Source: Paramoeba atlantica | Lineage: Eukaryota; Protista; Discosea | Reading direction: 5' to 3' | NCBI GenBank assembly: GCA_977017575.1 | Contig: CDRNVI010000140.1 | Coordinates: 1-64,000 of the forward strand | DNA length: 64,000 nt | Notes under the pieces: generated by a model | Databases searched by the model: none | The model's input: the letters and a program-made list of their open reading frames with translations, nothing else | What the model was told of the DNA's origin: nothing | Made by a program: the position numbers and the translations under genes | Shown here: positions 13,307 to 25,811 of the stretch, piece after piece | Position numbering within the stretch: position 1 is the first letter of the stretch | Layout of the letters: each line of letters begins with the position of its first letter

Positions 13307-15744
13307 TTCTTTCTCTCTTATCTCTTTAATTATTCTTTGAATCTTGGATTTGTACAATTGATGGATTTCATCAGGGTCCATTTCTTTCATCTCTTCGAAA
13401 TCTTTTTCTTGAAAATTTTCTTTCCATATTTTTTCTTCTTCTTCCTCTTCTTCCTCTTTTTCTTTGTCATTTTCTTCCTCTTCCTCTTTTTCTTTTTCTT
13501 TTTCTTTCTCAATTTTCGCTTCCACAATTTCTTGGTTACTCCCTTTTATCTTGTCATCTTTCTCTTTTTCCTTATTTTCTGAAGACCGAGCAGAATCCTT
13601 CTCTTTTTCTCTCTCCTTTTCAATCTCCTTCTCTTTCTTCTCAATCTTTTCCTCTACTTTCAGCAACGAAGAAGAAAGATTCCTCTTCAATTCCCCTTTC
13701 CTTTTCTTTTTCTCTCCCCCTCCTCCAATATCAACCATACTCTTTCTTCGTTTCTTCCTCTCTGCAGAAAGAGGAGCCCGTCGAGAAACACGTTGTTCAG
13801 AAACTTGTCTTCCCAATTGTTGTTGTAATTCGAGTTGTTTTAAATATCTTTCCATCACAACTTTTGGTGGTGTCCATCTTCTGCGAATCGCTGACATTTC
13901 AGCAGCTGTTGCTGAATTGGCTCTTCGTCTCCTCCGACGGGGAGAACAAGTTGTAGAAGAAGAAGAAGTGGAGGAAGAGGAGGAAGAGGAGGAGAAAAAT
14001 GAAGTAACAGAATATTGAGAAGTAGGAAATGGGGAGGAACGAGGGATATTTTGAGGACAAGGACTTCTTCGAAGGTTTAAACAAGGGCTCTTTCGAGGAC
14101 TTAAACAAGGGCTCTTTCGAGGGCTAAGATGAGGAGATCTTTGGAGACTAAACTGAGGAATCTGACGAGGACTTAACACTCGAGGGCTTAAACTTCTTAA
14201 TTTTGGGATCCGAGGGCTTCCCCGAGGGCTTTTGGGAAGAGATCCTTTTGACATCTCATGCGGTTTTCGTAATAAGACAGGCGGTCGAGTTGGTGTTGTT
14301 GTTATTGATATTGCTGATGTTGATGGCATGGGCGATTTTGACGGGAGCCCAGGAATAGAGGTGCTCTTTCTCCTTTTTCCTCGAAAATGAGGCGCAGAGT
14401 TAAGACGATTTACATGTTGTCTTGAATCACAGTTTGGATTTGCGCTGTCAGCAGGCAAAGGGCTTTTGAAGCTCGCTCTCTGAGAACCTCCTTCGTCGTT
14501 CCCTCCTTCAATCTTTTCTTCGGATACTCGTTCAATCCCTTGATCACCTTCTTTACTCTCTTGTTCTCCTTTCGGGCTCTTTTGTTCTGCACTAGATTCG
14601 AGATTTTCTCCTGCTCTTTCCTCTTCGCCTTCCACTTCGCCTTTCTTTTCCTCGTCTCCTTCTTGCAGACTTTCTCTCTCCTTTAACTCACTCTCATCTG
14701 AATAATTCAGAACATCATACTCTTCCTCTTCCTCTTGATGAGTCCAATCCCAAAGAGGAGAAGAGTCAAGAGCATCCTCCAACTCAGCATCCAAATTTCG
14801 CTTCTTCCCACTTCTCAACTCTATCAACTCTCTCTCCTGAAATTGGAGTTCCAACTGCTCGATTGTTTGGCGAAGAGCATCAATCGTCATCAAGCAATGT
14901 TCGTTTTCTTCTTTCAGTTCTTCTTCTTCTCTTTCGAGTTCTCGATGTGCAAGTACCATCTTTGAAACAATTTTCATTAAATTATCTCTCTCCGCCTGTA
15001 CAATTTTGAGTTTAGTTAAGCCAAAGATCAGAGAACAGAAAAAAGAAAAAGAAATCTGAAAACCAGAGCCTGTCCAAGTTTTATGCGAAGGGAACCGCTC
15101 TCTTCTTTGAGGTTTTGTCTAATTGTCTCACTTTCACTTTGTTCTCTCTTTACATGTTGAAGTTCATCCTTCAATAAAAAGGTTTCTTTCTCAAAACGAT
15201 CGACATGTTGCACATCTCTTTCTTTCTCTTCCAACAATTCTTTTACTTGAGCCAAAGAACCTTCCAACTCTTGAACCCTTTGTTCATGAACCTTTTGGAA
15301 ATCCCTCTCTCTTGTGACTAATCCCATTCTTTCCTTCCTTTCTTCTTCCAACATTTTGATTACTTTTCCAAACGCTTTTTCTACTTCCGCCTTGGCATTC
15401 AGAACGTGATCAATTCTCGATTCTAACTCTACACAACGAGCGCCAAGAGAATCCACCATCTTCTGAGAACGAAAAAGAGTCTCATTCAAATCAAGATTCT
15501 CCGTCTTGTACCCCTCTGCTTCGCTTAGCCTTTTCTTTAAAACTTCATTTTGTTTCCCAAGAAGCTCATTTTTTTCGAGAAGAGATTTTCCGATTTGAGC
15601 AGCAACTTCCAATCTCTGAACATAATCGAGATCAAAGTTACCAAGTGGAGTAGGAGACGATCGTGTGCGTAAAGGAGACATCAGAGGGGGAGAAGAAGAT
15701 TTGAGGAAAGAACGAGTATTCTCTACATTATTCTCCTCGTCCAT
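12530..15744 (-). CDS. Coiled-coil protein with an N-terminal CC1 box (BICD/BICDR/HAP1/TRAK-like candidate dynein adaptor)
   Basis: LEVAAQIGKSLLEKN (AAxxG CC1 box) is followed by a long coiled coil. A phase-0 intron (about 15045-14998) joins ORF 15028-15744 to ORF 12530-14977. A further small exon near 12310-12390 is possible. Confidence 0.65.
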
Positions 15745-16164
15745 TCACCGGAACGGGGAGAGAGAGAAAAGAGGGACAACTTCACAGAAGAAAGATTTCT
15801 TCCAAAAAATACTTTCTTTTACCACAAGCAATAAAAAACGAGTGAACAATCCCAAATAATCTCAAAATACCAAATACCAAATACTGACTTCCAAGAAAAA
15901 GAAAAAGAACTGGACAAGAACAACGAAAAAAAAAACAAACAAATTGGGTTTGCGACAGTCAAAAAAGTTCCTCTCCCACATAACTTTCAATGAGAAAAGT
16001 GAATTTTTGAAAGTCGTAAAAAATAAACCAAAAAAAAAAATAGAAATATCAGGCTAAATTTAAATCTCTAAAATTCTTGCGACCGATTTTTGTTGTGATT
16101 TTCGTTTTTTGCGGTTGTTGGGTTTCTCCTTTCTCTTTCTTTCTCTTCTCTTTGTCTCACGGGC

Positions 16165-16891
16165 ATGTTGCGACGAACTTTGTTGAGTTCTTTGAGTTTG
16201 GGTCGAACTCTTCCCCACCCTTGGTACCAAACTCCTTTATGTCGTTTTGTTTCTGGTTTGTTTTTCTTTTGGGGACATTCCCTCTCCAAAGAAAAGGAAA
16301 GATTTTTATTTTTTTTTTGAGCAGTGAAGAAGTTCACCAAAAGCCATGAGTGGATCGAATCTGATGACGGAATTGGAACGTGTGGTTTGACAGACGTTGC
16401 TCAAGACAAGGTTTTTCAAATAATAACAAAGAAACTAAAACGTTCAATCGATTGGAATGACCACAAAACACCACTTTTTAACCCAATTTTTGAATCGAAT
16501 CTTTTCTCACTTCGGGAATAGCTTGGAGAAATTGTCTTTGTTAGTTTGCCAACAGTTGGAAGTGAGTTTAAGGTTGGAGAGGAAGTTGCGGAAGTTGAGA
16601 GTGTGAAATCATGTGCAAATCTTTTTGCTTCTTTTGATGGCAGCGTTGTAGAAGTGAACTCGAAAGTCTGTTTTTTCAACTCATTTTCCTTTTTTTTTTT
16701 TGAAAAATCTTACACTTTTATTCTTTTCTCTTTCTCCTCTCCATAAGTTGGAAGATGATCCAAGTGAAATCAATAAAGCCGCCGAATCGAGTGGGTGGTT
16801 GGTCAAGATGTCGATCGACAATGCCGCTCAATTGGAATCCTTGATGTCACCCGAGGAATACAAAACCTTTTGTGACAATGAAGATAACTAG
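16165..16891 (+). CDS. GCSH: Mitochondrial glycine cleavage system H protein; 4 exons
   Basis: Transit-peptide-like MLRRTLLSSLSLGR, then KFTKSHEW, GLTDVAQDK|LGEIVFVSLP, lipoyl motif EVESVK, and SEINKAAESSGWLVKM. Confidence 0.95.
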
Positions 16892-16899
16892 AAGGATAT

Positions 16900-19416
16900 C
16901 TATTTATCTTTTTTTGGTTCTTCATCAACAGACTTTTCTTCATTGAAAGAAGAAGATCTCGAAGGTCCTGCAACTAAAGAAGGCCGGGAAGGTTCTTCTA
17001 ATAAAGATCTGGAAGGAACGACAGACGCTTCTGATTTTCTCTCTTCCCTCTCTCTTCTTGACGGACGGTCCCCTCTCTCTTCAATTTTCCTTTGTGGTTC
17101 TTCTTGTTTCACAACACCGAGCATCGAAGGAGGAGTAGAAAACAAACCAAACTTCTTCAAAATGGCATGGAATCTTTGATACAGAGAATCGGATCCACCA
17201 ATCATTGGGAATTGAAGATAAAAGAAAAAGCCAAGTTTGATATGATACCACCCTGGGATATCACTTAACCCGACAGTTTCACAAAGAATGAACAAGAAAG
17301 TGCATGGCATGGCAATCACCCAATAGATCAAACGAGAACGAATTTCAATTCTTAGGTCAGGAGCTTCTTCTGCACCTTCTCCTTCAAGACCAGCACCAAC
17401 AGGCCTTCGTTTCTGTGGCTGGCGTTTGTTGCCTCTACTCTTGTTAATCGATTTGATTGAATAGTAGACAGGAGTTGCTAATGAGACAAAAACAACACCC
17501 AGAGCGGTGACGAATCCAGGTGTAAGGAAAAAAATAAGACCAATCATCAAAACACCAGATTCAAGTAAACCAACAATAAATTTCCCAGCCCGACCAGAAA
17601 ATAACGCTGTGGAACAAAAAAGGATCAGGGATATTTTAGGAAAAACTCAAATTGATTAAATCAATAATTCGAGAGAGAGAGAGGGGGGGGAAGAAAACTT
17701 ACATGGAAGAAGCTTCATGAAAAACCCTTTTTGTTCTTCAGAAACAATTGTTGGGGGCTTGACCGCAACATATCGATCCAAAAAAGAAACAATGAGTCGA
17801 TAGACAACAGAAACGCCATTCGTAACGGGAAGTAAGAGCCAAAGCAGGAAGAGAAAGGAAACTTCTTCTTGGTAAGGAATCATATCCAACGCCCTCCCAA
17901 CAAGAGGAAGAATATCAATAATGAGATGTAAACTGACAGGAACCGCCAAAATCACCCAATACATCAAACCTTGCCCCATCCCATCTTCATTTAAGGACTC
18001 AATCGCTTTGACTGAGCGAATAAGAGGATAAAGGAGCGCCAATAAGACAACCATCCACCCCCCTGAGATGGAGCTAGCGATCTCGGGAAGGAAATAGATA
18101 AAGAGAACAACTGGTATGACAACCAAAAGATGGGGAAGGATTGAGGCCACTGCAAGTGATTTCTTTTGGACTTCTTTGATCATCGCTCGGTATTTTTCGC
18201 TACACCATCTGTTGAAACGATCCCAGTATCTGCTCACAAATGATCAATTATTCAACATTTAAAATAATAATGAAACATCAAGAAAAATATAAAGAAACAA
18301 AGACCTTGCTCGTTGAATATGTCTCTTCAAAGCCCATGAGAAAAAGAAAAAGACAACAGTCCCGACTTCCAAGTAAATGTTTGTCTTATCTTGTTCAAAG
18401 AAGAGCTGAACCGCTTTCGCAATATAGGGAAGCGAACTAATCAAGAGAAAGATGAGAAGATGAATGAGTGGTCCAAGGACAAGCAAAACAGCAATCGCCC
18501 AAAGTTTTCCTGCTTCCCAAGTCCCATGAATCGCTTCCAGAAAAGAGAAAAAGATCTTCCGAAGGGATTCAAACGGAACAGGATCTTCATCAACAACAAC
18601 AGGAATCCATTCCGAATCGATTTCAACACCAAAAGTCGAAGAAGCCAACTGATTTCGAGTCTGATGAGTCGAGCAGACAAACAAACCAATCGCCCCAAGA
18701 AAGAAGAAGAAAAGAGCAGGCTTCAACCGCCTCGACTGGATCACACTCCACAGAACCTTACTCATCACACAAACAAAGAAAACTTGAAGAAGAAAGACAG
18801 TGACAATGCCACAAAGATGTTGGATTTGAAAATGGCCCAGATCGCCAAGATCCAATGCATTTTGATGGGCGACATTTTCTCCTAGGATTTCGGTGTAGAA
18901 AGAGAGAGTGTGGTTGTAGCTCGAGTTTAGGTGGTTTTCGTATTGTTTTTTGAGTGAGTCGAGAAGATCTTCTTCTTCTTTTGTTTTTTTTGGTTTTTCT
19001 TTTTTTTCTTTTGGTTTTTCTTTTTGTTTTTGTTTTTCGTTTTGTTTTTCTTGTTGTTGTTGTTTTGTTTCTCTTTTCTGTTTCTCTTGCTCTTTTTCTA
19101 TTTTTTCTTGTTGTCTTCTTTCTTTTTCGCTCTTCTCTTTCTCTCTTTCTCTTTTTTCTTGTTCCCTCTTTTCTTGCTCTCTTTCCTCCTTCTCTTTTTT
19201 CTCTTGCTCTCTTTTTTGTTGGTCAATTCTCTCTTTTTCTATTTTTTCTTGTTCTTTTCGTTCTTTTTCTCTTCTCTCCTGTTCTCTGTTTTCTTGCTCT
19301 ACTTTCTCTTGTTCAAACACTCTATCTTCATTTTCTTGAGGATCACAACCTTCATTCTCTTCAATTGATACGCTCCAACCCACAAGAAGAAGAAGAAAGA
19401 GAAGGTTGAACATCAT
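16900..19416 (-). CDS. Signal-peptide, coiled-coil, multi-TM protein with two TB2/DP1/HVA22 (REEP-like) domains; 3 exons
   Basis: ORFs 18259-19503, 17656-18237 and 16900-17550 splice in phase (AG|A and T|CG junctions). Two LYP/YYSIKxI...LxYWV...FLxWL/YL repeats are typical of HVA22/REEP. Confidence 0.7.
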
Positions 19417-19562
19417 GGTCGTATTGACCGCCAAAAAAGAAACACAACAAAAAGAAAGAAAGAGTACGAACGTTGCGCTTTTTTTTTTTTGCTGAAAAGT
19501 CAAAACAAAAAGGAAGACGGAGATGCACAGACAAATCTTACACTTTTTTGTTTTTTTTATTG

Positions 19563-21394
19563 TTATTTTACAGATCTTTCCATTTGCTCTTGTAATGCCC
19601 CTTCATTTTTTTGGTCATGTTTGTTGACCCAGGCGAGGAGCATCTTTAAATCAATCAACATATATTTGAGAGCCTTTGTCCATTGCACATCATTATTAAA
19701 ATGAGTTTTGATGTTTAACCCTCCAACTCGCTCTTTATCTATGACATATGGAACTTCGAAGCCAGGATCAGTTTGGTTGACATGATCACATACCTCCTGC
19801 AAAAAAAAAGATTTGAAGAGGAAGGGAAGGGGGAAAAATCAAAACGAGAATGAAACAAAGAGAACCTTTAAACACTTCAGAAAAGCAACCATTGCAGTAT
19901 CAAAACGACGATCACGTAGAAGACGACCAAAACTGATATCATTAGATCCATAAAGTTCGTACTGACTCCCATCATCCAACCTGGCAGAGAAAAAGTGTGA
20001 GTTACCGATTCACGGACTGTTTTTGCAAAAGAAAAAAGATAGGGTTTGAGGAAAACAATGTGAGGAAAAAGAAGAAAACCTTACTACACGAGAAAAACTT
20101 CCTTGTGGAATCAATAAATGCTGTGTAAAATTGTATTTGAGTTTACGAGAGATACACGAGAGGAGATGGCACGCTTGGCCCCACCCTAAATTAAAAGAAA
20201 TTAACCAGGAGATGGAAAATGTGGAAAGAATTCAAGGTTTGACAAAGAAGAAAAAAGACAATACCAGCATTAATTTCATTCCATTCGACAGGTTGAGAAG
20301 GTAAACGTCCCAATCTAAAATCATTAATGGTTCCAAAGTGACCATCGTGCCAAATATGAAAGACATCGTTTAAAACATCAGTTCTCTCCAGATGTTGAAG
20401 TTGTCCAGTCGCTGTGTTCATTTTTGCTAAAAGGGCATCTTTTCGTTCCTCAAACTCATGAGACTCAACCAAAAAACAATTAAAATCTTCATAAAATCGA
20501 TCTTCAAGAAGATCAAGTTGACCTGATGTTTTTGATGAGAAAAAGAATCAAAAAAAAAATAGCCAAAGAGGGCAAGAGGGGAGGAAAAACCTGACTCAAA
20601 CTTAACTTTCTCCATTTCTTCTCGAAATTCACTTCTTTCTTTTTCAACTTGATCAATCATCCGGAGAAGTTTTGCTTCCTCAGCCTCCAACGCCAAAATC
20701 TCTTTTTTCAGTTCATCTTCTGATGGTGAGTGAAGTTTCATTTGCTGTATAAAAGAAAAGGGAAACACATTTTGAATAATAAAAAAAAGAGGAATTTTTT
20801 TGAGAACAAAAATTTGATATTGTTTCTCATTATTTACCAAGAAAAACTTTTGTCAAACAAAAATCAAACACAAAAAGCAACAAAAAAAAATCGAAAGACC
20901 TGAAAGTCATTCAAGAATTCCTGATGAGCAGCACTCTCCCTCGTCTCTTGTTTCGCCAACGCTTCATATTCTTCAAATAAGAGATCCATACAATCAACAC
21001 AAACAGGAAAATCGACATCTGTCAATTCTGTTGCCACACGAAAAACATTTTGTGCAGCAGAAAGCTGTGCATGTAAAGAAACGTGTTTTCCCTTTCGCCC
21101 ACCAGGAACAGGAATAACACTTGACGTCCCTTTCATCTGTTGCTGCACTTGAGCTCCAGAATAAGATTTACTTTTCCGTTCAAAACTGTTTGTACCAATG
21201 GACGATCGAAGATCATCTTGATCTTTTTTGTCCCCAGATCTTGCTGCTTCCTTCCAAGTTCCTCTTCCCATATTCGATGGAGACGAGAAATCTGGGGGTT
21301 GTGATTTTTTAAAGGGGTTTTTGTCCCCACTTGTATGAAGTAAAGAAGAATCTAACATCAGCTCTCTGCCACATTTCTGGCAAAAGTGGTCCAT
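19563..21394 (-). CDS. ATG6: Beclin-1 / Atg6; about 6 exons
   Basis: N-terminal [52 protein letters not shown] and [20 protein letters not shown] are Beclin coiled-coil/BARA signatures. Confidence 0.95.
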
Positions 21395-21749
21395 CAGAAC
21401 CAGAGATGCAAGAGAGGCAAAATTTTTGGTTTTTTCGTTTGCCAAAAAAAAAAAACAAAAATCAAAAAAGGCCTTCTTTTTTGGCCGAACCCAAAATAGA
21501 AAAATAAAAAGGCCAAAAAACTTGGCCTAAAAACTTGACACGTTTTCGAAGATTTCGGGTGTTTTCCATCGAAATCTCGTTGATTTGCCAAAATCGTTTT
21601 TCGCTGTCTACCAAATACAGAAAAAAATTCCAAATAAAGGACGAAGGTTCCGCCCTTTTTTCGCAAAAACTGAAAAGTGACAAAAACTGAAAAGGGAACA
21701 AAAGCGAACGACTGGCTTTCTTGCGGACAAAGTCTCAGTTTGTCCAATT

Positions 21750-23548
21750 ATGCGAGGGATCAGTTCGAAGTTGACTGTCTCAACGTACACCCAATCGCAA
21801 CGAGCCGAACTTGAAAGGTTTTATTCTGATTTGTCCCAAGAAGAAGATGCCTTGAGTTCTTTAGAAGAAAAATTTCGGATCGAAGAACTTGCCGACAAAA
21901 TTGACTTGACCGCGGAACAAGTTCGGATGTGGCTCCGTAATCGGAAAAAACGAGGTGTTTACAAGGGACGTTCCGCTCTTGCTGTGGAGCAAGTTCGAAT
22001 CCTTGAGTGGATCTATGAGAATCACTCCAACTATCCATCTACCAATCTGAAGAAGAGAATCGCTGAAGAGTTGGAAATTTCCTATTCCCAATTGCAGGTT
22101 TTTTTTTTTTTCTCATTTTTTATTCTTTTTTTTTTTCAAGACTATTTTTTTTGTCTCCAAATAAACACTCACGTACCAAAAAAAAAAAGAAATGGTATGA
22201 AACTCGGCGACAAAGAGGTGCCCCTGCTTTGATTTCAAAATTCGAGATTCAAGATCAGTCTGAATGGGAATTATCAGTGAAGAAGCTTCGAGAATTAATT
22301 CATGAGGAAGAGAGAAATGAAATCTTTGTAAAAAAAGAGGACTTTCGGCCACACCAATCAATTACTTCAATCTTCGCTCTCCAACAACCACTGAAACGAT
22401 CAAGATGCCAGTCTCCAACATCAACATCAGCAACAACAACTGTTTCAGATCTGAGATCTTCTGGAGGCCAACAGCAGCCACTCGAGCCTCTCTTGATCCG
22501 TTCTTCTCTCAAAGCAATTCACGCCTCTTTTGTAAACTCTCAGCAACAAAATTCTCCATCATCACCACAACTGCATTCTCAAGAGAGTAGCCCGATCATG
22601 TCATCATCACCAGCACCATTAAAACGATCTCGGGGTTCTTCCGAAACGGTTCTCCACATCACAAGGCAACAAAAACTTCAACATCAAACACAGGCACAGC
22701 AACCCTTATCCACCCCTCAGCCAGTCATCTCACCTCCTCAATCATCCTGTATTCAAACTGAGTCCGATCCAATGCCAATTTTCCCTCCTTTGTTGGGTCA
22801 GATACCAAATGATCGACAGGTCGTCAGTGCTCAAACAACACACAACGACAAGAATTTTTGTCCTCCTCCAAGAATAATGGAGCCTCAGCCACAGCAGTCC
22901 TTTCCTGCAACATTAATACACAGAATTGGCCAACCTTCTCTTGGTGGCAACTTCGGTAGGAATCTGGAGCCTACACCCAATGAACTTTTCCCTATTTCCT
23001 TTTCGTCTTCACCACAACACCCACAACACCGGCAGAACAGTTTTGGGATCAAGTCATTCTCAGACGATTCCTCATCGAGATCACCACAGTGTTTCCCCCC
23101 TAATCCTGGAATCAATCAGTATGAATCACCGCCACCACTGCTACCTTCAATAACAGAACTTTATGAGACAAGAATCCCCAAACAGAAGTCAATCCCTCCA
23201 ATTGATAAACTTATGAGCGAGAAAGAAAGAGTATTTTTTTCTGCAGCAGAACCCCAACAACAACCTCAACAACACCACCAACAATACGAACACCTCCGCC
23301 ATCATCAACATCAACATCAACAAAACCAATACCAACAACTTCAATCCCACCAACAACACCAACAACAAATTCAACACCAACAACAACAAATTCAACACCA
23401 GCAACAACAAATTCAACACCAGCAACAACTTCAACACCAGCAACAACCTCAACACCAGCAACAACAACAACATGGACAAACCGAAAGACCGTCGAATCTG
23501 CCCAGAGGCGAGCTCCTAACTCCCTGGAGACGGGTGTTTGACAAATGA
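21750..23548 (+). CDS. Double-homeodomain transcription factor, paralogue 1, with Q/S/P-rich C-terminus
   Basis: HD1 helix 3 EQVRMWLRNRKKR. HD2 EQVRILEWIY...YPS...KRIAEEL...QLQ|KWYETRRQR. Phase-0 intron 22098-22189. PolyQ/H tail. Confidence 0.8.
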
Positions 23549-23973
23549 ACAAAAACGATAAAACATTTTTTGTTTTCGTGAATATCTCCCTTTCGTCTTC
23601 ATTTTGGGTCCATTGCCGCGAATCTTGTGCAAACGAATAAATTATTATTTTGAAACGCTGCCTTTTTCGTTTCTCGCGAAAACGAAGGAATTTTTTGAAA
23701 AAAAATGGCAACAAAATTGGTGGTGTGGGAAAAGCCAAAAAGGTGAATTCCTAAGTGTCGTAAGGAATTTGCTCTAAATTTGGAAACCGTAACAGAAAAC
23801 TCTCTGACTTTCGCATATTACTGCGATGAAACGTCACGCTTTTACGAAGGTTAGTTTCTTTTCTCTTGGGCGAACCACTCACTTGTTTACAGTATCGCCC
23901 CATCGCGTTTCCTCTCCCCACCCCACGTCTCTTTCTCATATCTATCTCGTGTTCATTATTGTTTTGTATTATT

Positions 23974-25644
23974 ATGATTCGAAAACTCACTATCGCGACT
24001 TACACCCCCACCCAACGGGTGGAACTTGAAAAATTTTACCAAGAATTCCATGAAGGAGAATCCCCAAAATCCCCCTCTGATGAAAAATTGAAAGTCGAGG
24101 AACTCTCCGGGTCCATTGGCCTTACTCCAGATCAAATTCGTATGTGGTGCCGGAACCGAAAAAAGCGAGGAGCTTACAAAGGAAGGTCTGCTCTCGCTGT
24201 CGAGCAAGTCCGAATTTTGGAATGGCTTTTTACCAATCACTCAAACTACCCTTCCACTGTTTTAAAGAAAAGGGTGGCTTCGGAACTCGGAATTACTTAT
24301 TCCCAACTTCAGGTTCATTTTTTCTCTTTCTCTTTTATCTCAAGTGATATTTTTTGTTTTTTCCCCTTCCCTCCTCTATCCTCTCCCTTTTTTTCCAAAA
24401 AAAACTTAATTTGTTAATTTATCTCAAAATAGAAATGGTTTGAAACTCGTCGTCAGAGAGGAGCTCCAATTCTTATTTCGAAATTTGAAATTGAAGATGC
24501 CAAGGAGTGGAATGCTTGTATTGATCGGTTAAAACAACTTATTGATGAATGCGAGAAAGGCGGGGCCACAACAAAAGGTGGTAAAGGTGGCGGAAACACC
24601 TCGGCCGCTTCTGTTACTCCTCTTCAATCAACATCATCAACAGATAATGGTCTCTCAACAGCTGAAATTTCTTCTCCTCCTTCAAAACGAGCTCGTACCT
24701 CTTCTCCTGAAGGAAACGAAACGAAAAAAGCAACAGAAAAGACGGAACCTCTCACAAGCACTCTCCCAGCTGTCCACAAAACCTTTCCCAAAACACGACC
24801 TTGTCTTGGATCAAGAATGTTGCGCCCTGTTTCGCAGCAGCAGCAGAAAAATTCTCAGAACCAAGGAACAGCGTCTCCCCCTTCCCCCACGACCACCACC
24901 ACCGGAGTTCATCAAACAAAAAGTTCTTCGACAGTAGCAGCAGCAGCCCTTTTTCAGCATGTTGTTGGACAAAGTTTCAACCACCAGATTCCTCCTGCTG
25001 CTGGAGGAACTCTGACACACTTAAGAAGATCTTCGGCTCAAATCCCCCATCAAACACAACAACAACAACGTCGTCGTGAGTTTGTGGGATCTGTAGGACC
25101 CTCCTACCAGCAAACAGTGGTTGATCCGATCCTTCCCCCACTTTCTTCTCTCACTCCGTCTTTCTTCCCAACCACCACAGAACAACCACAGCAACAACAA
25201 GCTTCGAGGAAACGACTTCGGGAAGAAACGCTTCTTCCTCTTGAGCCACTTTCTCATCTTGGATTTTCAGCAATGACCTCCTCTTCCTCTTCTTCTGCTG
25301 CTGCTGCATCGACACTGCCTCGGCTTTCCTCGTTTCTTTCCGAATCACTTCCAATGGGATATAATGACTCAATGATGTATAAACAACCAACTCATCATCT
25401 TCGTGATGTCCTCTCAGTTGCCGAAGTTCCCCAACCCTCCTCTCTCTCGTATTTGGTTCACTCTGGAGCAAACCCTCCTCCCAAACTTCCTCTCCTTTCT
25501 TTCCCTTCTTCAGTAACTGGCCAAACTCATTTCTCTCATCAAACCCTTGAGGCATCGAACCCTTTTATCAACCGCCGCCCACCAACTTACCCCCTCCCAC
25601 CCCCAACAAACAATTTTTTGACCCTCCACCAAAGCACCATATGA
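23974..25644 (+). CDS. Double-homeodomain transcription factor, paralogue 2 (tandem duplicate)
   Basis: DQIRMWCRNRKKRGAYKGRSALAVEQVRILEW...QLQ|KWFETRRQRGAP. Same intron position as paralogue 1 (24313-24432). C-terminus diverged and low-complexity. Confidence 0.8.
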
Positions 25645-25811
25645 ACTATTCCTCCCACCAAATTCTGGATTGAAAAAAGATATTTTGATGGATGGATAAT
25701 TTTGGATTGTACAATAAAAATTTATTTGAAGAAAAAAAAATTGAAAAATCTTTGATGGTTTTTTTGCTGAAGGGGGAGGCGAAACGAAAAAGTGATCCGC
25801 GTCACCAACAA

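Noticed and set aside
4854-14018. Many long F/S/L-rich ORFs (e.g. 4854-5720 minus, 6461-7393 minus, 13166-14018 plus)
   Set aside because: They are antisense shadows of GA-rich exons or read-through of CT-rich introns, which lack stop codons by composition.
21985-22000. GTTCGAATCC T-loop-like motif
   Set aside because: It lies inside a homeobox exon and has no surrounding cloverleaf.
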